DNA from: an uncultured Anaerolineaceae bacterium
GTDB taxonomy: Bacteria > Chloroflexota > Anaerolineae > Anaerolineales > Anaerolineaceae
Assembly (NCBI GenBank): GCA_964571135.1
Contig: CAZMZW010000008.1
Coordinates: forward strand, 45,808 to 109,807
Reading direction: 5' to 3'
DNA length: 64,000 nt
Made by a program: the position numbers and the translations under genes. The notes under the pieces were generated by a model, which saw only the letters and a program-made list of their open reading frames with translations, ran no database searches and had not been told where the DNA came from. Numbering within the stretch: position 1 is the first letter of the stretch; each line of letters begins with the position of its first letter. Below, piece after piece: positions 9,765 to 18,774 of the stretch.

Positions 9765-12236
9765 TTATCGCTTTCTGCTCTTATTTGTGCTTGTATCCAG
9801 GGATTGGGATAGTACCTGAGAAATGTGATCGACTGGAATAAATTGGACAACTTTCTTAATCTCTTCGGGTATTTCTTTAAGGTCACCCTCATTTTCTTTT
9901 GGCAGAAATACAGTTTTCAACCCCGCCCGATGAGCCGCAAGCATTTTTTCTTTAATGCCTCCAACTGGTAAAATTTGACCTCGCAAGGATATCTCTCCTG
10001 TCATTCCATATCCTGGTTTGACTGGACGATTAGTTAGTAACGAGGTCAAAGCTGTGACTATAGTGATCCCGGCGGAAGGACCGTCTTTCGGTTGTGCGCC
10101 AGCAGGGATATGCAAATGAATATCAGTTTTTTCATAAAAATCCGGGGGGATTCTTAATTCTTCTGCATGTGACCGAACATAGGAAAGGGCTGCCTGCGCT
10201 GATTCCTGCATTACATTACCGACAGAGCCGGTAATTGTAAATTGCTTATCACCCGGCATTTTTGTAGCTTCGATAAAAAGTACTTCTCCACCTGTTGGAG
10301 TCCATGCTAAACCAGTGACGACACCAGGAATCGAAGTACGTTTTATGATTTCTTCGGTGTTTCTAAATTTAGGTTGTCCCAGCTTTTCCTGAATTTGTGC
10401 TGGAGTAACACTTCTTATTTTGCGTATAGATTTCACATTATGCGTAATGACTTTTCGACAGATGGAGCCAATTTCTCTTTCGAGATTACGTACACCTGAT
10501 TCCCGAGTGTAAAAACGGATAATTGAGTGTATTGATCGATCTGAAAAAGCGACTTCATTAGTACGTAATCCATTCTCACGCAATTGTCTTGGAATTAAGT
10601 ACCCTTTGGCAATTGAGATTTTTTCATTTTCCGTATAACCAGAAAGGCGGATCACTTCCATCCTATCCAGAAGTGGAGCTGGAATCGTTTCCACCTGATT
10701 GGCTGTTGTAATGAACATGACCTGGGATAGATCAAATGCTACGTCTAAATAATTATCTCTGAACTCAGCATTCTGTTCAGGGTCTAACACTTCCAAGAGA
10801 GCGGATGCTGGATCACCATGAAAATCATAAGTCAATTTATCAATCTCATCCAGCATGAATACCGGATTTTTCGAGCCAGATCTTCGAAGTGATTGAATAA
10901 TTCTCCCGGGCATTGCTCCGATATAGGTACGTCGATGACCTCGAATTTCTGCCTCGTCTTTCATTCCTCCAAGAGATGTGCGAATGAATTTTCGGCCGAG
11001 GGCTCGGGCGATTGACTGTCCGAGAGAAGTCTTACCAACCCCGGGTGGCCCTATAAAGCATAAAATAACACCTTCTCTTTCCCGGCGAATGAGGTCTTTT
11101 GAAGGTTTCTTACGGAATTCCTCTTTTCTTTCCAGGCGCAGCTTGCGAACAGCCAGGTATTCCAGGATCCTTTCTTTTATATCTTTTAGACCAAAATGGT
11201 CAGTATCTAGAACATCACGAGCATGGTTAATATCAAGATTATCAGTATTTGTTTTAGACCAGGGTAGTTCCACCAACCATTCCAGGTAAGAACGGATTAC
11301 GCCATATTCAGGTGAAGAAGTTGGTATGCGCGATAAACGTTCCAATTCCCGTCCGGCCTGGATATTAGCTTCCTCAGACATTTCTGCATCTTTGATCTTT
11401 TTCTGAAATTCAACGTAATCAGAGGCCTGAGCGTCAGCGTCACCCAATTCTTTTTGAATTGCTTTAAGTTGTTCGCGCAGAAAATAGTCCCGCTGAACCT
11501 TTTCTATTTCCACACGGGCATCATTCTGGATCTTATGGCTGAGATCAAGCACTTCACTTTCCCGGGTTAATATTGCCACTAATTTGTGCAATTTTTCTTT
11601 CGGAGAATCCATTTCTAATATTTCTTGGGCATCTTTGATCTCCATCCGTTGAAAATTGGCTATGTTATAGACAGTGGCTAATGGATCCTGAATGGAATTA
11701 ATAGAGGTAACCAATTCTCGTGGAATCGAAGTGATCATTTCAGCGATATGGGTAAATTGATCATGCGCATTTCTGGATAAAGCCTCCAGTTCAAGCCCGG
11801 TTTCAGGTTTTTCCGGATCTGGAAAAATGGAAGCTTTTAGATAAGGTTCAGTCTGGATATATTCCTTAATTCGAAATCGCGAGATACCCTGGATGAGCAA
11901 CTGGAGGGAACCGTTAGGAGCTTTAAACATACGGTGAATCAATACAGCAGTACCTATCTGATAAAGATATTCAGGACCGGGCGATTCAAGATTGGCATCT
12001 TTTGAGGTGACCAATCCGACGATCCTATCGCCTGCCATAATCTCTTCAATCAGGCGAATTGAGCGCGGTTGACCTATGGTTAAAGGCACCGCTGTTTGCG
12101 GGTAGACGACCAGACCTCGTAAAGGTAATATGGGTAATATTTCTGGTAAGGATTTTGGATTTTCTAAAAGCTTGGAAGAGTTTAGGCTGTGGTTAAATCC
12201 TGAGTCATTTAAATCATTAAGATCAAAGTTAATCAT
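9765..12236 (-). CDS. lon: endopeptidase La (Lon protease)
   Basis: 823 aa. LON N-domain, AAA+ Walker A GPPGVGKTS, and a protease domain with PKDGPSAGITIVTAL (catalytic Ser). Confidence 0.96.
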   Translation of the reverse strand: MINFDLNDLNDSGFNHSLNSSKLLENPKSLPEILPILPLRGLVVYPQTAVPLTIGQPRSIRLIEEIMAGDRIVGLVTSKDANLESPGPEYLYQIGTAVLIHRMFKAPNGSLQLLIQGISRFRIKEYIQTEPYLKASIFPDPEKPETGLELEALSRNAHDQFTHIAEMITSIPRELVTSINSIQDPLATVYNIANFQRMEIKDAQEILEMDSPKEKLHKLVAILTRESEVLDLSHKIQNDARVEIEKVQRDYFLREQLKAIQKELGDADAQASDYVEFQKKIKDAEMSEEANIQAGRELERLSRIPTSSPEYGVIRSYLEWLVELPWSKTNTDNLDINHARDVLDTDHFGLKDIKERILEYLAVRKLRLERKEEFRKKPSKDLIRREREGVILCFIGPPGVGKTSLGQSIARALGRKFIRTSLGGMKDEAEIRGHRRTYIGAMPGRIIQSLRRSGSKNPVFMLDEIDKLTYDFHGDPASALLEVLDPEQNAEFRDNYLDVAFDLSQVMFITTANQVETIPAPLLDRMEVIRLSGYTENEKISIAKGYLIPRQLRENGLRTNEVAFSDRSIHSIIRFYTRESGVRNLEREIGSICRKVITHNVKSIRKIRSVTPAQIQEKLGQPKFRNTEEIIKRTSIPGVVTGLAWTPTGGEVLFIEATKMPGDKQFTITGSVGNVMQESAQAALSYVRSHAEELRIPPDFYEKTDIHLHIPAGAQPKDGPSAGITIVTALTSLLTNRPVKPGYGMTGEISLRGQILPVGGIKEKMLAAHRAGLKTVFLPKENEGDLKEIPEEIKKVVQFIPVDHISQVLSQSLDTSTNKSRKR

Positions 12237-12404
12237 TCTTAAATAATACCTTCAATTATCAAATCTGGTTATAAGTTGTTGATTAGAAATTGTTTTTTCC
12301 CCTAAATTGTAAGATTTAATTTCAATCGCTATTATGCAATTAGAACAATAATAATTCTATATATTAATGAAAAAATTTGTCTTGGTAAATAAATATATTC
12401 AATT

Positions 12405-12932
12405 TTATTCTACGTCCAAGGCTGATTTTGCTGCATTTAATACCACCTTGTAGTCTGGTTCGATTCCCAGTTCAGGCAGGTAATTAACATATGTAAAAAA
12501 ACAATTTTTATTAATCACAAACACTGCCCGGCGCAAGATCCGGGGTTCTTTGAGCAGGCAGGCATATCTTTCTCCAAATTCAAGGTCATGGTGGTCAGAT
12601 ATGACCATAATTTGGTCAATTCCGGCTGCACCACACCATCGTTTCTGGGCGAACGGTAAATCAGTACTGATCACAATAATTGCAATATCCTTGGATAATG
12701 CAGATGCTTCAAGGTTGAATTTTCTTGTTTCCCTATCACAGACATCGGTATCAAGAGAGGGGACTGCTGCAATGATCCGGACTTTCCCTTTTGTATTTTC
12801 CAACACTGGGATTTGTTCCCATTCTTGTGTCGTTGCATGGAATTCTGGTGCCGATTGACCGACTTGCATATCGTTTCCCTGGACGGAAACGTCTTTTCCG
12901 TGAAATTTTAAAATCCCATGTCTTTCAATCAT
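12405..12932 (-). CDS. tpx: thiol peroxidase (atypical 2-Cys peroxiredoxin)
   Basis: 175 aa. Motifs PSLDTDVCDRETRKFN and FAQKRWCGA match the Tpx peroxidatic and resolving Cys contexts. AGGAGA SD upstream. Confidence 0.9.
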   Translation of the reverse strand: MIERHGILKFHGKDVSVQGNDMQVGQSAPEFHATTQEWEQIPVLENTKGKVRIIAAVPSLDTDVCDRETRKFNLEASALSKDIAIIVISTDLPFAQKRWCGAAGIDQIMVISDHHDLEFGERYACLLKEPRILRRAVFVINKNCFFTYVNYLPELGIEPDYKVVLNAAKSALDVE

Positions 12933-12959
12933 TCTTATTTCTCCTAATAATATTTATAG

Positions 12960-13033
12960 CGCCCCCGGTGGGATTCGAACCCACAACCGCCGGATTAGAA
13001 GTCCGATGCGCTGTCCATTTGCGCCACGAGGGC
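12960..13033 (-). tRNA. tRNA-Arg (anticodon UCU)
   Basis: Hand-folded 74-nt cloverleaf. Acceptor GCCCTCG/CGGGGGC, D stem GCGC/GCGC, anticodon stem TCGGA/TCCGG with loop CTTCTAA, T arm GTGGG-TTCGAAT-CCCAC, discriminator G. CCA is not encoded. Confidence 0.9.
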
Positions 13034-13133
13034 TAATCTTAGCTTCTCTATTATAAACAATATTAATCAGAAAATATTGACCAATGATTAATTTTTCAAA
13101 ATGATTTATAAGATTTCAATATGTATATAAATA

Positions 13134-13164
13134 ATAGGCCAGGAAATCAATTATCCTGGCCTAT
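13134..13164 (-). terminator. intrinsic terminator downstream of the SBP gene
   Basis: 11-bp perfect stem ATAGGCCAGGA / TCCTGGCCTAT with a 9-nt loop. On the minus strand it is followed by a T/A-rich tract. Confidence 0.65.
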
Positions 13165-13185
13165 CTCTAACCGAATTAAATAAAT

Positions 13186-14286
13186 TTACTGAGCTGCGAT
13201 TGCAGTCCATCCATCCACAATGGCTTTGATTGCTTTAGAGAAGCCATCTAAACCGGATGGAAAATGTAGATTGCCATAGGCGCTTTCGGGAAGCAGCTTG
13301 GCTTTGATATCAGCTGGCAGGACTACATCTGAGCGAGCGGGATGGGCATAGCCTTTTGCTAAAAGAACCTGGCCTTCATCAGACAATAGATAATCCTGGG
13401 ATAGCTTGGCTGCATTCGGATGAGGTGCTAGTGCATTGATATATTCTGCGAAAAGCATACCAATGGTTGCATCCTTGGGGATCACAACCTGCAGCGGCAG
13501 GCCGGTGGCGTCCCGTTTTGCAAAACCATCGAAATCATATACGATGGAGATTGGGCATTCACCTTTTTGGACAGATGCAACGTTTAGTACAACACCTTTG
13601 CGCCAGTTGCCATCATCACGTAGTTTCTTGAAGTAGTCCAATCCAGGTTGAACATTGGTTTCGCTGCCGCCATGAGCATAAGCTGCTGCTAAGACAGATC
13701 CGGTAGCGTAAGTTGATTTGTTGGGATCGCGGCTGCAGACCATATCCTTGTACTCAGGTTTCAACAGATCATCCCAAGTCTGTGGGATATTCTTTACCTT
13801 ATCGGAATTGACCAGGAAACTGATCGCGCCCCAATAGGCAACTACCCAGCGGCCATCCGCATCTTTAAAGTTGGCAGGGATTTTTGCGAAGGATGTGTTT
13901 TTATAGGGTAAGGCAAGATTATTTTCGATCAATTTGCCAACAAAATCGAAACCAATATCCGCGATATCCATCACTGGGGCGCTTTTCTCTGCCAATAGCT
14001 TGGTGATCTGTTCAGCGCTGGTCATATCAGTGTCGGTATGGACCACACTGAATTTGGCTTGCATGTTCTTGAAGATCTCTCCAAGATTTACCCAGTCATC
14101 GGTCATGCCATAGCTGACCAATTGACCTTCTTTTTTAGCGCCCGCTAATTTCAATGCTTCAGGATCTTCAGTAGCGACTACTACAGGTTTTGCTGGAGCT
14201 GGAGCCTGGGTTGCAGGTGTTGCGCATCCAACCAATGGGATCACCAGAAGAGCAGCGACCAAAATGAACGCAAATACTTTTTTCAT
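13186..14286 (-). CDS. ABC transporter substrate-binding lipoprotein, PotD/AfuA/PhnS-like family
   Basis: The ATG at 14286 has an AAGGAG SD. Signal peptide with lipobox LVGC. The mature part resembles Fe3+/polyamine/aminoethylphosphonate-type binding proteins rather than CUT1/CUT2 sugar binders. Confidence 0.8.
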   Translation of the reverse strand: MKKVFAFILVAALLVIPLVGCATPATQAPAPAKPVVVATEDPEALKLAGAKKEGQLVSYGMTDDWVNLGEIFKNMQAKFSVVHTDTDMTSAEQITKLLAEKSAPVMDIADIGFDFVGKLIENNLALPYKNTSFAKIPANFKDADGRWVVAYWGAISFLVNSDKVKNIPQTWDDLLKPEYKDMVCSRDPNKSTYATGSVLAAAYAHGGSETNVQPGLDYFKKLRDDGNWRKGVVLNVASVQKGECPISIVYDFDGFAKRDATGLPLQVVIPKDATIGMLFAEYINALAPHPNAAKLSQDYLLSDEGQVLLAKGYAHPARSDVVLPADIKAKLLPESAYGNLHFPSGLDGFSKAIKAIVDGWTAIAAQ

Positions 14287-14338
14287 TTCTTTCTCCTTAA
14301 ACATATTTTTTACACGAAATTGATCCAAATTACTTTTT

Positions 14339-15148
14339 TTAGTGCCCGATTATGGTTGTGGTTTCTTTACCTCCTTTACTGGTTACCCAGATGATGATTA
14401 ATGAAGCTGCCCATGCAACCAGAAAACTAACAACGGCAAGGGCGCTCGCCTGACGTCCATCCTGTCTAGTAAATTCGACAAGATATATTGGGAAAGTTTT
14501 AAAACGCGTTCCGACCAATAAATTGGTTAAAGTAAATTCTGCGAAAACTGTGGAAAACACCAATAAACATCCGCTGATAATACCTGGCATGATGTTGGGG
14601 ATGATCACTCGAGAAAGAATAACCCAGATGCTGGCGCCCATACTTTGAGCAGCTTCTGTCAATACCCGAAAATCAATTGCATCCAGTGCATTGACCACAG
14701 GGCGGTACATAAAAGGAAGAGATAACACCATGCAGGCAGCAACAAGGATTGCAGGTCGATTAATGATGGGTAATGGGATTTGGGCATAAAAGCGGATCAA
14801 AGCTAACGCGAGAATAACTCCAGGCACGCCAAATGAAAAACTGGTAATTAATTCAATAATGGGTTTTGCTTTAGGTACGCGCAATCGCATCCAAAAAACG
14901 GTCGGCGTCACTAAAACCAGGAGACAAAACATGGTTGAAAGTGAAACCAGAAATGAATTTTTCAAAGTCAGAAGAAAATTCTGATTGGATATAACCGCAT
15001 GCCACCAATTTAATGTATAACCTTCTGGCCAAAGAGATCGATCCCAACGAATGGAGACTGAAAACACCAGGGTGGCAAGCAGTGGAACAATCATAAAAAT
15101 TATGAAAAGTGAGAGAACAAGAGTACGCCAAAGTGCCTTTGGTTTCAT
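14339..15148 (-). CDS. ABC transporter permease
   Basis: Six predicted TM helices and an EAA-type loop (EAAQSMGAS). Its ATG overlaps the stop of the upstream permease (ATGA). Confidence 0.85.
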   Translation of the reverse strand: MKPKALWRTLVLSLFIIFMIVPLLATLVFSVSIRWDRSLWPEGYTLNWWHAVISNQNFLLTLKNSFLVSLSTMFCLLVLVTPTVFWMRLRVPKAKPIIELITSFSFGVPGVILALALIRFYAQIPLPIINRPAILVAACMVLSLPFMYRPVVNALDAIDFRVLTEAAQSMGASIWVILSRVIIPNIMPGIISGCLLVFSTVFAEFTLTNLLVGTRFKTFPIYLVEFTRQDGRQASALAVVSFLVAWAASLIIIWVTSKGGKETTTIIGH

Positions 15149-16032
15149 GCGCGCACCTTCCGGGTTCGATTGGAAAGCCAAAGATAACCGATGACACACG
15201 CAGTCATTATGGCCAATGACATCGTGGCCAATGCGTCAGCCAATTGTGGTTCGAGTTGGACTTCACCGCGGATCAAAGCAGCGATACGGATTGTGATAAG
15301 GTCCACATCCGAACCAGTCAATGTCCATGCTGTAGCATAAGCGCCAAAAGAATTGGCAAACAATAGCAAAAAGCCGCTTAAAAGAGATGGAAACAGGATC
15401 GGTAGGGCAATTCTGGTCCAATACTGTTTTGTAGAGGCACCCAGGTTCATCGCTGCTTCGCGCCATTCTTTACGAAGGCCGAGAAGGGATGGGATGATCA
15501 GCAAAATCATCAAGGGAAGCTGGAAATAAAAATAGGCAATCGTCAAACCGGAAATCGAATAGATGCGGAAGTTAGGATAAAGGTTGATCCCTATCTCTTG
15601 AAGGATCATCGTGATCACTCCGGTTGAACCCAGAATGATGATAAAGGCAAAAGCCAAAGGTGCTCCCCCGAAATTGGTGGTCACATCTGATAAAGCGGTT
15701 AATGCATTCCTGAGGAATTTATTTGGTGAAGTAATTATGGCATATGCCACAAGCGTACCAAAAACTACCCCTAGAATTGCAGTCACAGCCGAAAGATTAA
15801 TACTATTAATAAAAGCCCGCAAGAACATTGGGTCCATAGCTCTTTTATAGAAGTCAAGAGTAAAAGTGCCTTTGCGGGTTATGCTTGATTGTAAAATAGT
15901 AAGAAGAGGTAAAAATTCAAAAGCCAATCCAAAAATAAAGATCGGTACTAGTCCCAACCAGGAAATCCATTTGTTTGGACGTTTTTTCGCAATATTATTT
16001 GCTGCTGAGGTAACCATTTGTTTAGTACTCAT
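15145..16032 (-). CDS. ABC transporter permease
   Basis: 295 aa. Multi-TM protein with an EAA loop (REAAMNLGAS). ATGA overlap with the upstream MBL gene. Confidence 0.85.
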   Translation of the reverse strand: MSTKQMVTSAANNIAKKRPNKWISWLGLVPIFIFGLAFEFLPLLTILQSSITRKGTFTLDFYKRAMDPMFLRAFINSINLSAVTAILGVVFGTLVAYAIITSPNKFLRNALTALSDVTTNFGGAPLAFAFIIILGSTGVITMILQEIGINLYPNFRIYSISGLTIAYFYFQLPLMILLIIPSLLGLRKEWREAAMNLGASTKQYWTRIALPILFPSLLSGFLLLFANSFGAYATAWTLTGSDVDLITIRIAALIRGEVQLEPQLADALATMSLAIMTACVIGYLWLSNRTRKVRA

Positions 16033-16778
16033 AAGGAAACGCGATAACCATCCAACGCAAGATGGATTGGTCCTTTGTAATGGTGCCGTATTTGTTTTTC
16101 CAGATCAATATTTAATGCCGGCGGATAACAATGAGTGACAATTAGTGATTTAACACCGGCCTCGCTGACGATTTTCCCTAATGAATCTGCATTTAAATGC
16201 TCGTTACTTTCCCATCCAGAGGGAAACGAGCATTCGCAAATCAAGATATCTGCATCTGCAGCAAGAGTTATCAAATCACCTTGCGGAGCTGCATCTCCTG
16301 AGTAAGCGATTTTATATTTATGGTTCTGAAGACTGTATGCAACTGAATAGGGGGTATGGCCAGTTGGTGCTGATTTTACATTCAATCCAAACAGGTTGAA
16401 CTCATCTTGAAATACTTCCTGGATCTTCAGCGTATATGTCTGCGGTGTAATTTCTGGAAAAAGGAGAAGAAGCCGATCTACGAAATCTTTAGTTCCTTTA
16501 CAACCAATAATTGTAAATGGACTGATACGTCGAGAATCAGGTGCTGAATCAAATACTTGCAGAAGGGTTGCCAGATCAAGGGTATGGTCTGGATGAAGAT
16601 GAGTTGAAAGCAGAAAATCCAATTGGTCAAAAGAAATCCCAGTCGGTAAAAGCCTTGTCAAGGTACCTGGGCCAATATCCAAAAGCATAGGATGATCTTT
16701 ATGAATGATCAAAATCCCTGCTGGACTGTGATCTTTTAATGGCATGGCTGTTCCGGATCCTAAAATAATTATTTCCAT
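16029..16778 (-). CDS. MBL-fold metallo-hydrolase (RNase Z / PhnP-like)
   Basis: HxHxDH motif (STHLHPDHTLD). Starts MEIIILGSGTA. The longest ORF extends to a TTG at 16847. Translationally coupled to the permease genes. Confidence 0.75.
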   Translation of the reverse strand: MEIIILGSGTAMPLKDHSPAGILIIHKDHPMLLDIGPGTLTRLLPTGISFDQLDFLLSTHLHPDHTLDLATLLQVFDSAPDSRRISPFTIIGCKGTKDFVDRLLLLFPEITPQTYTLKIQEVFQDEFNLFGLNVKSAPTGHTPYSVAYSLQNHKYKIAYSGDAAPQGDLITLAADADILICECSFPSGWESNEHLNADSLGKIVSEAGVKSLIVTHCYPPALNIDLEKQIRHHYKGPIHLALDGYRVSL

Positions 16779-17035
16779 ACTATTTGGATCGCGATCAAAA
16801 TAATTGTCATTTTTACCCTTAGTCTTTTGTGCAATGCTCCGAAACAACTAAATTATTAAAGATATATTAAGTACCAAGAGTCAACTAAATGTAAAAAAAT
16901 TATAGCAAACCGCAACAAGAATGTCAATAATATACTATGGAAACAAATAAAATAGTATATAAAACATAACAAATAAATACAAACAATGTTATGTTTCGAA
17001 AGAATTTATCAATTTTAATAAAAGGTAGGCCATTT

Positions 17036-18499
17036 TTATTCATATAGTGTGTGAACACCAAAAGCATCACAACCGGCTGAAGAACCTTCAAAAATATAGG
17101 GTTCAATCCCACTCCATTTACGATAGGCATTCACAACACGGTCGAATGCAGATTGGGCTTCTTTTGAATCCCAACCGAGTACGGCTACAGTCCCGCCAGC
17201 ACCACCACCAGTAATCTTCGCTCCCAATAATCCATTCTTTTCTTCATTACATACGAGGGTGACAATCTTATCTGTCGCTTCTGACCCTAAACCACATTCT
17301 GTATATCCAATATGAGATTGATACATCAATTCACCCAGTAAATACCCAGTGGTTGTATCGATTAGGGATGATGGTTTAGAAATAAGGCTAAAAAAACTTT
17401 TGACCCGCCAATTTTCTTCCACCGCGTAACAAGTAGCGCCACGTATGGGATATACCACATCTGGTCGAACAAGCGTAAAAGGATCCAGGTGTACAGGGAA
17501 ACGTTTTGTGAAATCAGCACCCAATTCCTTTTCTGGTAGATTTATTGCATAAGTATTTTTAAAAACCGATGGGGATAGATTGGCTAAATAACCGTGCCAT
17601 TTAGGGTCAATCCATCTTGGCAGGGCTCCACTTTCGTCCAAGACAGGATCCAATTTTTCCTGATTACAGAGGTATCGATAACCCATATAAGTTGCTGCGC
17701 GTGCAGCTTCATATTCAATTCCGGATACCGCATGGCGAATGCCAGAATCGATTCCCCAGACACAAAAATTCTCAGGTAATTTAACAAGTTTCTGAGGTTG
17801 GCAGGGCTGGCAAAGCATAGGGACAAAATAATCCTCATCACCCATAACCACGGTCAATTGATCCATAATTCCACAGGCGGATTGGGTGAGAGCGATTTCC
17901 ACCCACTGTGTCCATGAGGCTAACTCTACACCCTCGACATTAATTCCAAACATTTTTGCCATTGTTTTCATAGGTGCTACTTCAAGGGCTGCAGACGAGC
18001 TAACGCCTTTTCCCAGGGGTACATCTGATTCAAGGTATAGATTAAACCCGTGAGTGATCTTCGTTTGATAATGGACCAGCAGATAATACAAATCTCCAAG
18101 AATATAGGCACACCATGCCTTTTTTGGATCTGCGTTGAACCATTCACGTACTAACTCAAGAGGCTTGATCTCATTATTTTCAATCAAATCTGAAAATGCA
18201 AATTCAATTCTTTCACTCCAACCAAGGGAACCAACGGCAGGATTGTAAAAGATAACGACTTGATCCTGGCGGGGCTGGATGGCTACCAGAGTAGCCTCTT
18301 TAATTGTTTTTTCAAATACAAGTCCACCTGTATAGTCGTCATTTCCCCCCATAAGATCTAATCTTCCCGGTGTGCGGTTGATAAATATTTCTTTATTTTT
18401 AATAAAATACTCAGATTCAATAAGTTTCTGAATGTTTTTATAGAACCTTAATAAATCTGGATATTTCTTTAACAATAAGCCGAAATCAGCATTTTTCAT
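17036..18499 (-). CDS. GHMP-family sugar 1-kinase (galactokinase/arabinokinase-like)
   Basis: 487 aa. Galactokinase-type N-motif GRLDLMGGNDDYTGG, GHMP motif II PLGKGVSSSAALEVA, motif III KITGGGAGGTVAVLG. Confidence 0.8.
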   Translation of the reverse strand: MKNADFGLLLKKYPDLLRFYKNIQKLIESEYFIKNKEIFINRTPGRLDLMGGNDDYTGGLVFEKTIKEATLVAIQPRQDQVVIFYNPAVGSLGWSERIEFAFSDLIENNEIKPLELVREWFNADPKKAWCAYILGDLYYLLVHYQTKITHGFNLYLESDVPLGKGVSSSAALEVAPMKTMAKMFGINVEGVELASWTQWVEIALTQSACGIMDQLTVVMGDEDYFVPMLCQPCQPQKLVKLPENFCVWGIDSGIRHAVSGIEYEAARAATYMGYRYLCNQEKLDPVLDESGALPRWIDPKWHGYLANLSPSVFKNTYAINLPEKELGADFTKRFPVHLDPFTLVRPDVVYPIRGATCYAVEENWRVKSFFSLISKPSSLIDTTTGYLLGELMYQSHIGYTECGLGSEATDKIVTLVCNEEKNGLLGAKITGGGAGGTVAVLGWDSKEAQSAFDRVVNAYRKWSGIEPYIFEGSSAGCDAFGVHTLYE

Positions 18500-18550
18500 A
18501 TTTTTTCTTGGAAAGTTCCTGATTAAATTTCTGATTACAAATACGGTTTG

Positions 18551-18577
18551 TTATGAAATAGATTTTAACATTCATAA
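18551..18577. promoter_or_regulatory. inverted repeat TTATGAA-N13-TTCATAA (candidate operator)
   Basis: The palindrome is centred on the -10 of the minus-strand promoter. A third TTATGAA copy (18625-18631) lies in the spacer of the plus-strand promoter. Confidence 0.45.
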
Positions 18578-18590
18578 AACAAAACGTCAA
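18562..18590 (-). promoter_or_regulatory. sigma70-type promoter for the GHMP kinase / permease strand
   Basis: On the minus strand: TTGACG, 17 nt, TGT-TAAAAT (extended -10). About 60 nt upstream of the ATG at 18499. Confidence 0.6.
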
Positions 18591-18614
18591 ACGCACTAAT
18601 ACATAACAATATAA

Positions 18615-18642
18615 TTGACTTTTATTATGAATTGTGTATAAT
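18615..18642 (+). promoter_or_regulatory. sigma70-type promoter for the ATPase-aldolase-kinase-isomerase operon
   Basis: TTGACT (18615-18620), 16 nt, TATAAT (18637-18642). This would leave a leader of ~125 nt before the ATG at 18775. Confidence 0.6.
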
Positions 18643-18774
18643 ATTTTATTAGGTTTAATTATGCCTTATAAAGCCAAAAAATGGTCTGGTTTGACCGCTT
18701 TTTTAATTGCCTTTTGAATTTTTACCCGTTCTATTCTTTTTGCAGGGAAGGTTCATTGAACAAAGGATAAAAAC

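Noticed and set aside
18676-18706. Small hairpin GGTC-tggttt-GACC followed by T6 in the leader of the plus-strand sugar operon (possible attenuator)
   Set aside because: The stem is only 4-5 bp including a wobble pair. That is far weaker than the clear terminators elsewhere in the window, and I could not identify an alternative anti-terminator structure.
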